Source: Anaeromyxobacteraceae bacterium (GTDB lineage Bacteria > Myxococcota > Myxococcia > Myxococcales > Anaeromyxobacteraceae). Taken from it: a stretch of DNA of 53,459 bases. This document shows, one piece after another, positions 1 to 7,230 of this stretch. The number at the start of each line of letters is the position of its first letter. Position 1 is the first letter of the stretch. Position numbers and translations under genes: made by a program. The stretch lies in the NCBI GenBank assembly GCA_035719085.1, contig DASTGK010000456.1:1-53459 (forward strand), read 5' to 3'. The notes under the pieces were generated by a model. The model was not told the origin of the DNA, did no database searches, and saw only the letters and a list, made by a program, of their open reading frames with translations.

Positions 1-139
1 GGCGCGTTCGCTCGCTCACCCCATAGGGCGGATCTCCCCAGAGCAGCGCCACGTCGCCGGTAAGGACGCCGAGCGCGGACAGCACCTCCCGGTTGTCCCC
101 GAGGTACAGGTCAATCCCCGGCTCCGAGTAGTAGGGCTT
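1..139. repeat. Terminal direct repeat. Bases 1-139 are identical to 53321-53459, indicating an overlap of a circular or terminally redundant genome with unique length 53320 bp.
   Basis: The same 139-nt string (ggcgcgttcgctcgctcacccc...ccgagtagtagggct) is read at both window ends. Confidence 0.95.
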
Positions 140-142
140 CAC
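1..142 (-). CDS. 5' end of the DNA methyltransferase whose body is 52783-53459. The gene crosses the window junction.
   Basis: GTG at 142-140 gives VKPYYSEPGIDLYLGDNREVLSALGVLTGDVALLWGDPPYG. It has a GTGA start/stop overlap with the upstream ORF. Confidence 0.7.
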   Translation of the reverse strand, partial: MKPYYSEPGIDLYLGDNREVLSALGVLTGDVALLWGDPPYGVSERTR

Positions 143-741
143 GCGGAGCCCCCATCCGTCCCGCCGGACGCCTGGTCCGCGACGGCGGACGCCGGGACGC
201 GCCGCTCCACCAGCACGCGCGCCAGCTCGTCAGCCGGCGCCGAGCGCAGCCAGCGGCGATGGACCTGGCGCCGCTGTTCCTGGTTGAACTGGGGGTTGGC
301 GTAGACCTCCGAGCCACCGCAGAAGCCCAGCCAGTGGTCGAACAGGACCGCGTGTCGAACGCAGAGCCCGGCCTTGCCCACCAGGGCGCCCAGGCAGTGG
401 ACGGGAGAGCCGGCTGGGGCCGGCCCCAGGTTCGCGAGGAGGCAGCGCGGCGAAGTCGGCGGCGTGGCTGCGGCGCACGTCACGCAGAGGTCCACGTCGA
501 GGTTGCGGATGGAGACGGCGCAGTCTCGGCAGAGCGGCCGGTCACAGGTCTTCGGCTCGCCGTCCCGCTTCCAGGCGCGCTCACCCTCCGCCAGCGGCGG
601 GAGGCCGTCGCAGAGCAGCGTACCGGGCCGACCGCAGGCGCACGGCGGGCCGCGCTTGGGGCGGACGCCCGCTGTCCCTCGTCGGGCTTCACCGTCCCGG
701 GCCCGCGGCTCACCGAGCCGTCTCCGCGGTCCGCTCACCAC
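139..741 (-). CDS. Cys-rich hypothetical protein. The start is uncertain (GTG at 741 or 738).
   Basis: Cys clusters PCACGRPGTLLCDG...KTCDRPLCRDCAV...LCVTC. The stop overlaps the methylase GTG. No in-frame start lies downstream of the RHH stop. Confidence 0.5.
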   Translation of the reverse strand: MVSGPRRRLGEPRARDGEARRGTAGVRPKRGPPCACGRPGTLLCDGLPPLAEGERAWKRDGEPKTCDRPLCRDCAVSIRNLDVDLCVTCAAATPPTSPRCLLANLGPAPAGSPVHCLGALVGKAGLCVRHAVLFDHWLGFCGGSEVYANPQFNQEQRRQVHRRWLRSAPADELARVLVERRVPASAVADQASGGTDGGSA

Positions 742-895
742 CCGCCAACGTCCAACCTCGCAACCTCGCCTGGCGCACGAGCACCCGCAGCACGTCGGAG
801 GTAGGCAGCGCATTCGCGGCCCCCTGCGCATCGAGCCACGCCCGGTCCTCCATGGGACAGTGAAACGCCGTGATCTTCGTCTTTGCGCGAGCCAT
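710..895 (-). CDS. Small ribbon-helix-helix (Arc/CopG-like) DNA-binding protein.
   Basis: 62 aa, MARAKTKITAFHCPMEDRAWLDAQGAANALPTSDVLRVLV (beta strand plus two helices). It is the first gene left of an AT-rich divergent promoter region. Confidence 0.55.
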   Translation of the reverse strand: MARAKTKITAFHCPMEDRAWLDAQGAANALPTSDVLRVLVRQARLRGWTLAGGERTAETAR

Positions 896-909
896 GAGAC
901 GAAGATACA

Positions 910-939
910 TTGTTGCATTTCGGCGCACAACAGTATAAT
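910..939 (+). promoter_or_regulatory. Sigma70-like rightward promoter (TTGTTG, 18 nt spacer, TATAAT). It overlaps a leftward TATACT box on the other strand.
   Basis: cattgttgcatttcggcgcacaacagtataatg lies in an AT-rich patch between divergent genes 895(-) and 1077(+). Confidence 0.45.
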
Positions 940-1076
940 GTGCTTTTCTGTCCGGTCGCGAACCGACCGAGACGCCGGGTGGGTCAGGGCCGCGTTAGGC
1001 GGGCGAGGGGACGGAGAGGGTTGGCGCCGAGTGAGGCGCTGCGCCGGGCAGGCACCGCAGTTCGGAGGGCTCGGGA

Positions 1077-1349
1077 ATGAAAAGGCGGACGCTCAAGACG
1101 AGGAGCCGCGCAGAGTGGAAGTCGAGGCTCCGCGCCATGTCGGAGGAGCAGAAGCGCGAGTTCAACGAGGTCCGGCGACGGACCTCGAAGTCCGGCTACG
1201 CCAAGCGCCAGCGGGAGCGGGCGAACGGCGCGCCGATGGCGAGCCGCACGCACGAGGGCATCCAGAAGCGCTTCGCTACGCCGTGCTCGCGGCCGGGGGC
1301 GGACTTCGCTCCGTGGCTGCGCGAATTCCAGCGTCGGACGGCCGCGTAG
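1077..1349 (+). CDS. Hypothetical basic protein; first rightward early gene.
   Basis: 90-aa ORF from the six-frame track, Lys/Arg-rich, preceded by ggagggctcggga. Confidence 0.55.
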   Translation: MKRRTLKTRSRAEWKSRLRAMSEEQKREFNEVRRRTSKSGYAKRQRERANGAPMASRTHEGIQKRFATPCSRPGADFAPWLREFQRRTAA

Positions 1350-1351
1350 CC

Positions 1352-1615
1352 ATGGCAGCGCGCATCTGGGTGTGGTTCGTCGTCGTGATGCTGGTTGTCG
1401 CTGGTGTCGCGCGCGCGGATCCGCCCGGCTACCGCGATGAGGGCAGGCCCGGCGAGTGCGGCGCGCCACCGGCCGCGCCCGCGAAGGTGGAGGGCGGTTG
1501 TCCCGCTGACGAGCATCCTGCGTGGGTCTGTCGACGCTGGCAGGATGACCGATACGGGTGGGTGGGTTCTGGCTGGGTCGCCGAGTGCCGCCGGCCTGCG
1601 GTGCGCCGGCCATGA
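1352..1615 (+). CDS. Small secreted Cys-containing protein.
   Basis: ATG at 1352. N-terminal signal-like MAARIWVWFVVVMLVVAGVARA followed by 4 Cys. Confidence 0.55.
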   Translation: MAARIWVWFVVVMLVVAGVARADPPGYRDEGRPGECGAPPAAPAKVEGGCPADEHPAWVCRRWQDDRYGWVGSGWVAECRRPAVRRP

Positions 1616-1788
1616 GCGCCCGCGCCGAGAAGCGTCGCGTTCGCGCGTGGAAGCGTCGACTCGGGGAGATCGGCGACGGGCCCAGCCTGCGCCGGGACAT
1701 CCGAGAGGAGCGGTCCCGGCTGAACGTCCTGCTCCACCAGCACGGTGTCCCGGCCCCGGCCGAGACGCCGGAAGAGGAGGGCCAGTAG
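1612..1788 (+). CDS. Hypothetical protein.
   Basis: ATGA start/stop overlap at 1612-1615. 58 aa. Confidence 0.5.
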   Translation: MSARAEKRRVRAWKRRLGEIGDGPSLRRDIREERSRLNVLLHQHGVPAPAETPEEEGQ

Positions 1789-2112
1789 ATGGGCGCCTTG
1801 GGCGATTTTATCCGTGCCGCCAGGCTCGGATTCCGCTGGAGCGAGCAACTCGGGGCGTTCCTGCGGTTCGGGGTGCTGGGAGAGGAGCGCTGGCTCGTGG
1901 AGATCGCTCCGCGCGGCCTCCTGCCCGGCAACGTCAAGACGGAGCGTCACGTCGTGTGGTGGGAGACCCAGGAGGGCGAGCCGGAAGACCACATCGTGAC
2001 GCTCTCCCCGGCGTTGCTGTCGTTGGGCTCCATCACCAGCTACCGCGCCCTGACCTTAGACGCGGACGGGCGCGAGGTGACACGCCCGGACCCCAGAAGA
2101 AGGAGCCGCTAG
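1789..2112 (+). CDS. Hypothetical protein.
   Basis: 107-aa ORF, tightly packed with its neighbours. Confidence 0.55.
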   Translation: MGALGDFIRAARLGFRWSEQLGAFLRFGVLGEERWLVEIAPRGLLPGNVKTERHVVWWETQEGEPEDHIVTLSPALLSLGSITSYRALTLDADGREVTRPDPRRRSR

Positions 2113-2454
2113 ATGCCCGCCATCAAGTCCGAGCTGGCCGTGCGCATCGGCGCGCGCATCCGGGCGCTCCGCCTCGCCGCGAAGCTCAACCAGGAGGTGC
2201 TCGCCGACGGCGCGGGCATCAGCGTCTCCATGCTCTCGATGGTGGAGCGCGGCCACCGCTGCCCTCACGTCGAGACGCTGGCGTGCCTGGCGCTGGTGCT
2301 GGGCGTGGCCACCGGCTCGCTCATCCCGGACGAGCTGGAGGTGCAGCCCACCGAGCCGGGGCCGGACCAGGTGCTCGCGGCGCTCCAGGCTGCCGCCGAG
2401 TCCATCAACACCGCGCGCGAGGGCTTCATCCGCGCGTCGCGGGAGGGTCGGTAG
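2113..2454 (+). CDS. XRE/Cro-CI type helix-turn-helix transcriptional regulator.
   Basis: IRALRLAAKLNQEVLADGAGISVSMLSMVERGHRCPHVETLACLALVLGV is a classic HTH_3-like pattern. Confidence 0.75.
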   Translation: MPAIKSELAVRIGARIRALRLAAKLNQEVLADGAGISVSMLSMVERGHRCPHVETLACLALVLGVATGSLIPDELEVQPTEPGPDQVLAALQAAAESINTAREGFIRASREGR

Positions 2455-2742
2455 ATGGCGGCCAAGCTGCGGATGTGGACGGTGGAGCTCGTGTCCTCGG
2501 GCGGCGACACTGTATGGGCCACCGTCACCGTGGTGGCAACGAGCTGCGCGCAGGCGGAGCAGGCCGCGCTGACGTGGGCTCGGCGCGACGCGCCGGGCAT
2601 CGTGTGGGCTCGGCGCGACGCGGCGGGCAGCTTGGTGGGGTCCGTTCCGGGCGCCCTCGAGGTGGGCCAGGCCGTGCGGACGCCGGATCTGGGCGAGGTG
2701 GTGGTCGCTGAGCAAATCCTCGCGGAGCGGGAGGCCTCGTAG
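2455..2742 (+). CDS. Hypothetical protein with an internal 30-bp tandem duplication.
   Basis: gtgggctcggcgcgacgcg occurs at 2574-2592 and 2604-2622 (TWARRDAPGI / VWARRDAAGS). Confidence 0.5.
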   Translation: MAAKLRMWTVELVSSGGDTVWATVTVVATSCAQAEQAALTWARRDAPGIVWARRDAAGSLVGSVPGALEVGQAVRTPDLGEVVVAEQILAEREAS

Positions 2743-3312
2743 ATGCCCCGGCCCTCCGAACATGCGCGGAAGAGCGCCTACGATTGGGTCGGCCGGCTGA
2801 TCACCCAGCACGTCGACGCCTGCCCCTGGCTCCCGGACCAGCGGGACGCGGTGGAGGGGATCCGTTCTGCGATGCTGGCGGCGGCGGAGGGTCCCTTCAG
2901 CTCGACAGCCGACGAGATCTCCGAGTGCGCCCCAGGGCGCGGTCGGGAGGCGGAGGCCGGTGCCGACCTGTCGGACCGCGCACTGGAATCGCTCCTGGCC
3001 CATCCGACCGAGCACCAGGACTGGGTCCTGTCGCTCCTTCGCGAGGTGCATCGGCGCCGCGCGGTCCCGAAACGTCACGATGACGCTTCGGGGAGGCTGG
3101 AAGTGCCCGCCTCCGACCCCCCTCGGGCGGGCGAGGGCGAGCCGGCGGAGGAGGGTGATTCCAAGCCCGCCCCCTCCGCCGGCAGCTCGATCTCCATCTG
3201 CGACTTTGCGGCGCTCTACCAGGAGCACGCGCGAGGGTGCGAGCGGTGCCGTGACGCCCTCGCGGTCGGCGAGCTGGTCACGCGGGTCGCCGCGGCGGGA
3301 GCGGGGCGATGA
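2743..3312 (+). CDS. Hypothetical protein with a C-terminal HxxxCxxC (zinc anti-sigma-like) motif. It carries palindromic element copy 1 in-frame.
   Basis: C-terminus ICDFAALYQEHARGCERCRDAL. The palindrome at 3066-3092 is read as PKRHDDASG. Confidence 0.55.
   Translation: MPRPSEHARKSAYDWVGRLITQHVDACPWLPDQRDAVEGIRSAMLAAAEGPFSSTADEISECAPGRGREAEAGADLSDRALESLLAHPTEHQDWVLSLLREVHRRRAVPKRHDDASGRLEVPASDPPRAGEGEPAEEGDSKPAPSAGSSISICDFAALYQEHARGCERCRDALAVGELVTRVAAAGAGR
3066..3092. repeat. 27-bp palindromic element, copy 1 (12-bp arms, CGA loop, 1 mismatch).
   Basis: cccgaaacgtca-cga-tgacgcttcggg. Confidence 0.85.
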
Positions 3313-3617
3313 CCTGCTCCTACCTGGAGGAGGACGTGAGCCGATTTTTCGACCGCGAGATGGACGCCGCCGCGGACCGCGCCTTCCTCGGCCACCTCGT
3401 TGACTGCGACACGTGCAACGCGCGACTGGAGTCGCTGATGCAGCTCGACGCCCTCCTGGAGGGGCGGGCAGTGCGCATCAAAACCGCGAAGGTCGACGTG
3501 ACGGTGCCTCCCCGCGCGCGGTCGGAGCGCTGGGAGCGCCTGGGGCTCGCGGCTCTGGCAGTGGTGGCGCTGGCCGCGCTCGCGTGGGCGGTGAGCACTC
3601 TCGGGTGGCGGCCATGA
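3309..3617 (+). CDS. Membrane-anchored zinc-finger anti-sigma factor-like protein (zf-HC2 / ZAS type).
   Basis: N-terminal DREMDAAADRAFLGHLVDCDTCNARL (HxxxCxxC). C-terminal hydrophobic helix LGLAALAVVALAALAWAV. Confidence 0.65.
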   Translation: MTCSYLEEDVSRFFDREMDAAADRAFLGHLVDCDTCNARLESLMQLDALLEGRAVRIKTAKVDVTVPPRARSERWERLGLAALAVVALAALAWAVSTLGWRP

Positions 3618-3916
3618 CGCGCGCCCCGCTGAAGCACCTCCGCCGCTCCGCCCGGGCGCTCAAGGCCGCGGTGACGAGTTTGGAGAACGCGCTCGCGTCC
3701 GGCCAGTCCGCCCACGGCCCGGAGTGGGCCCTCCAGCTCGCGCAGCTCCGCCGCGTGGTGGCGGAGTACGCGCGCCTCATCGGCGCCGAGCGGCGGGCGC
3801 TGGACGAGCCCCACGCCTTCGTGGCGTCCCGGTTCGGCCTCTGGTGCTTGCGCTGCGGTGGCGTCCGCGACCGGGCGGAGCTGCACCCGCCGGAGTTCGC
3901 GGGAGGTGCTCGGTGA
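3614..3916 (+). CDS. Hypothetical protein.
   Basis: ATGA overlap at 3614-3617. 100 aa. Confidence 0.5.
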   Translation: MTRAPLKHLRRSARALKAAVTSLENALASGQSAHGPEWALQLAQLRRVVAEYARLIGAERRALDEPHAFVASRFGLWCLRCGGVRDRAELHPPEFAGGAR

Positions 3917-4040
3917 GCGCGCCTGTGCTGCGGAAGATGACGCTCGCTACCGCGTGCAGTGGCAACTCCATGGCGGTCTGCGTGGTGCGGTGGATGTTCT
4001 GTCGCATCGCCATCGCCGACGCCGCCGCCGAGGTCGCCGC

Positions 4041-5276
4041 GTGAACGTCCTCCGCGCGCCGTTCCCGTACTTCGGCGGGAAGTCCCGCGCCGCCCACCTG
4101 GTCTGGGCCGCGCTCGGCGACGTGACGAACTACATCGAGCCGTTCGCCGGCTCGCTGGCGGTGCTCCTGAGCCGGCCGACCCCGCCGAAGGTGGAGACGG
4201 TCAACGACCTCGACAGCTACATCACCAACTTCTGGCGCGCGGTACAGGCGGCTCCGGACGAGGTGGCTCGCTGGGCGGACTGGCCCGTCTCGGAGTTGGA
4301 CCTCCACGCGCGGCACCGCTGGCTGGTGGGGCGGGTGGACTTCCGGGAGCGGATGAGGGCGGACCCGGAGTTTTTTGACGCGAAGGTGGCCGGGTGGTGG
4401 GTGTGGGGGGCGTCGCAGTGGATCGGCTCGGGCTGGTGCGCGCAGCCGGCGTGGGAGGAGCAGGAGGCGGCGGGCGCCTGGGGCGTCCGGACCTCGGAAG
4501 CGAAGAAGCGCCCGACGCCGAGCAGGCCGGGAAGAGGCATCCACCAGCGCGCCGCGCGCGGCACCGCGACCAGCGAGACCGCGCAGCGTCCGGTGCTGGA
4601 GCGTGGCGGGAGCGGCGTCGGAGCGCGCGGTCTGGCCGCTGCTACGGAATGGGAGGGCCGGACGAACGGGGGAAGAGCCCCCCGCGGCATCCACGCCGGG
4701 CGCGTGCGGCGGACCACGCTGTCGGAGCAGCTTCCCTCCATCAGCGGGGACAGCGGGGACAGCGGGGACAGCGGGGACAGCGGGGCCACGGGGCGCGGGG
4801 TGCATGGGATGCGCGTCCGCACCGAGGGGCTCTACGCCTGGATGCGCGCGCTGCAGGAGCGCCTCCGCTGGGTCCGCATCTGCTGCGGGGACTTCGAGCG
4901 CGTCCTGGGGCCGAGCGTCACGACGAAGATCGGCCTCACCGGGGTGATGCTGGACGCCCCCTACGCGCATGAGCACCGGGACCCATCGCTCTACGCGGAG
5001 GAGGACGCAGGCGCCTCGGCCCGCGCGCGCGAGTGGGCGCTGGCGCACGGGGATGACCCGCAGTTCCGCATCGTCCTCTGCGGCTACGAAGGCGAGCACG
5101 ACATGCCCGCCACCTGGCGGTGCATCCCATGGAAGGCCTCCGGGGGCTACGCCGCGGCGGCGGGTAACACGGCAAACGCGCACCGCGAGCGCCTCTGGCT
5201 GAGCCCTCACTGCCTCCAGGTGGCGCGGCCCGCAGAGCAGCGCCGGCTCTTCGACGACGAGGTGTCCCATGGGTGA
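4041..5276 (+). CDS. D12-class N6-adenine DNA methyltransferase (Dam family) with a long low-complexity middle region.
   Basis: GTG start overlaps the previous stop. FPYFGGK lies near the N-terminus, LDAPY near the C-terminus, and CGYEG toward the end. Confidence 0.75.
   Translation: MNVLRAPFPYFGGKSRAAHLVWAALGDVTNYIEPFAGSLAVLLSRPTPPKVETVNDLDSYITNFWRAVQAAPDEVARWADWPVSELDLHARHRWLVGRVDFRERMRADPEFFDAKVAGWWVWGASQWIGSGWCAQPAWEEQEAAGAWGVRTSEAKKRPTPSRPGRGIHQRAARGTATSETAQRPVLERGGSGVGARGLAAATEWEGRTNGGRAPRGIHAGRVRRTTLSEQLPSISGDSGDSGDSGDSGATGRGVHGMRVRTEGLYAWMRALQERLRWVRICCGDFERVLGPSVTTKIGLTGVMLDAPYAHEHRDPSLYAEEDAGASARAREWALAHGDDPQFRIVLCGYEGEHDMPATWRCIPWKASGGYAAAAGNTANAHRERLWLSPHCLQVARPAEQRRLFDDEVSHG
4742..4786 (+). 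repeat. In-frame 9-bp tandem repeat (cagcgggga, about 5 copies) encoding (GDS)n inside the Dam-like gene.
   Basis: cagcggggacagcggggacagcggggacagcggggacagcggggc. Confidence 0.9.
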
Positions 5277-5527
5277 GGCGGTGGCCGCTGGTCTGCTGGT
5301 GCTCGCCGTCGGGCTGGTGCTCCTCCGGGTGCGCCTGCGCCTTCGGCCGCGCCCCGTTGTCGAGGTCAACCCGGCCCTGCTCCAGGCCCGCCTCCGGAGC
5401 GCCGAGGTCGCCCGAAACGCGGCCAAGCGGATGGACGAGGCCGTCCAGCGACTCCGGAACTGCACGTGCGGGGGGGGGGCGGGGCGCCGAAGTGGCTGCG
5501 GAGTTGGAGGAGGTGGACCGTGGGTAG
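5269..5527 (+). CDS. Small membrane protein. The reading frame needs a +1 shift inside a G10 run (5470-5479).
   Basis: N-terminal TM AVAAGLLVLAVGLVLL. After the G10 run, only the +1 frame keeps high GC3 (RGAEVAAELEEVDRG), and it stops at 5525-5527 overlapping the next GTG. Confidence 0.45.
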
Positions 5528-5753
5528 AGAGCTGGCAGTAGAGGCGTGGGCGCAGAACCGGACACAGGCCGCGGACAATTTTCGGCGTGCGGCGAAAGCG
5601 GCGGAGTGGGAGGTCGCTCGGTTGCGGTCGGACCTCCGGCACCTCACCACGTGCACGGAGAACGGCCGCGTCTGCGCAGGCCAGCTCTTGAGCGAGAGCT
5701 ACGCGCGCAGCCGCAGCCGCACTGCCAAGGTTCGGGCGGCGCGCCGTGGCTAA
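5520..5753 (+). CDS. Hypothetical coiled-coil protein.
   Basis: GTG at 5520. VGRELAVEAWAQNRTQAADNFRRAAKAAEWEVARLRSDL. Confidence 0.5.
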   Translation: MGRELAVEAWAQNRTQAADNFRRAAKAAEWEVARLRSDLRHLTTCTENGRVCAGQLLSESYARSRSRTAKVRAARRG

Positions 5754-6729
5754 GACGAGCATCGAGTGGACCGGCGAGACGTGGAACCCGCTCAAGGGCT
5801 GCCAGCGGGTCAGCCCAGGCTGCGGCGGCCCGCACAACGAGGGTGGCTGCTACGCCGAGCGCCAGGCCATCCGCCAGGCGGGCCCGGGCGGCGCCTACGA
5901 GGGGCTCATCAAGAGCACGCCGAACGGACCGCGCTGGACCGGCGCCGTCGCGGTCGACGAGGACAAGCTGCTGGAGCCGTTCTCGTGGAGGAAGCGGCGG
6001 ACGGTCTTCGTCGACAGCATGAGCGACCTGTTCTTCGAGGGGTTCACCGACGAGCAGGTGGCGCGCGCCATCCAGACGATGGCGCTCACCACGCACATCA
6101 CGTACCAGGTGCTCACCAAGCGCGCCGAGCGGATGGAGAAGCTCCTGAACTCGGACGCGTTCTGGGCCAAGGTGGCGACGGATCCGGCCGGTCTGGCGAT
6201 GGACCCGGAGACCTTCACGCGACCGCTCCCGAACGTCTGGTGGGGCGTCTCTTGCGAGGACCGGAAGCACGGGCTCCCGCGCTTGCATCACCTCCGGCGG
6301 ACGCCGGCCGCGGTGCGCTTCGTGTCGTTCGAGCCGCTGCTGGAGGACCCGGGCGTGTTCCACGCGCTGGGCGGCCCGGACGAGGATGGCCACTGCCTGG
6401 CCTGCGGGCTCGGCTTCGGCCCGCCGCATGAGGAGCCCGGCTCGCACGAGTGCCCGCCCGGATTCGGCGGGCGCATCCACTGGGCCATCATCGGCGGGGA
6501 GAGCGGCCCGCGCTCGCGCCCCTGTGACCTGGCGTGGATTCGCGCGCTGGTGGCGCGGTGTCGCGCGGCTGGCGTGGCGCCGTTCGTGAAGCAGCTCGGG
6601 GCGCACGTCTGCGACAGCTTTTTCGACCCCGCGCGGGCCGTACTCCTGAAGCACAAGAAGGGCGGCGACCCGTCTGAGTGGCCGGAGGACCTGCGCATCC
6701 GCGAGTTCCCCGAGGTGTCCCGTGGGTAG
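5746..6729 (+). CDS. Phage Gp37/Gp68 family protein (DUF5131).
   Basis: TSIEWTGETWNPLKGCQRVSPGC, FVDSMSDLF, WWGVSCED, RFVSFEPLL, WAIIGGESGP and FVKQLG blocks are typical of the family. Confidence 0.8.
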   Translation: MAKTSIEWTGETWNPLKGCQRVSPGCGGPHNEGGCYAERQAIRQAGPGGAYEGLIKSTPNGPRWTGAVAVDEDKLLEPFSWRKRRTVFVDSMSDLFFEGFTDEQVARAIQTMALTTHITYQVLTKRAERMEKLLNSDAFWAKVATDPAGLAMDPETFTRPLPNVWWGVSCEDRKHGLPRLHHLRRTPAAVRFVSFEPLLEDPGVFHALGGPDEDGHCLACGLGFGPPHEEPGSHECPPGFGGRIHWAIIGGESGPRSRPCDLAWIRALVARCRAAGVAPFVKQLGAHVCDSFFDPARAVLLKHKKGGDPSEWPEDLRIREFPEVSRG

Positions 6730-7066
6730 CTCCATCTGCCGCTATTGCCAGCGCCCCATCCGCGGAACCGGCGCCCAGCCTCCGCCGCCGGCCGGTGGGC
6801 GACGTTCTCCACGTCGTACCGGGTCACCAGCAGGCCGCCTTCGACGCCCGTGTAGCCCACGTACTCGCCAGCCCGCGCCTCACGACGGGGTGGCGTGCGC
6901 GGGGCACGAGTTCCATCTCCCGGAGGAGCTCGTCACGCGACTCCTAAAGCTCTACCTCTCCGCGTTGAAGTCCGCAGAGCACCGGCGCGCCGTCGAGGAG
7001 GCTATCGCCATCCTGAAACACGTCGACTGGACGGACCACCAGCACCAGCGGGGAGCGATTCGATGA
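6722..7066 (+). CDS. Hypothetical protein. The 5' half is doubtful; the real start may be GTG at 6890.
   Basis: GC3 is high at 6722-6797 and 6890-7066 but collapses in between, where the opposite strand looks coding. Confidence 0.4.
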   Translation: MGSSICRYCQRPIRGTGAQPPPPAGGRRSPRRTGSPAGRLRRPCSPRTRQPAPHDGVACAGHEFHLPEELVTRLLKLYLSALKSAEHRRAVEEAIAILKHVDWTDHQHQRGAIR

Positions 7067-7230
7067 GGCCGGTGGAGCAGGTCGCGCGGGAGGTAGTGCG
7101 CCGGGCAGTGGAGTGGCAGTTTCGTGCCTTCCGCGCTCTCCCGAGCGGGACGCCCCTGGCGAGCGCGGTGGACAGGCTGGTCCTCGCCGAGAGCAGGGCC
7201 GTGCCGGTGTCGACTGGAGGTCGTCCGTGA
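7063..7230 (+). CDS. Hypothetical protein.
   Basis: ATGA overlap at 7063-7066. 55 aa. Confidence 0.45.
   Translation: MRPVEQVAREVVRRAVEWQFRAFRALPSGTPLASAVDRLVLAESRAVPVSTGGRP

Noticed and set aside
3913-4044. A small ORF (VSAPVLRKMTLATACSGNSMAVCVVRW...) between 3916 and 4041.
   Set aside because: It is only 43 codons with mediocre GC3. It could be real, since it has GTGA coupling at both ends, but I could not support it enough to list it as a feature.
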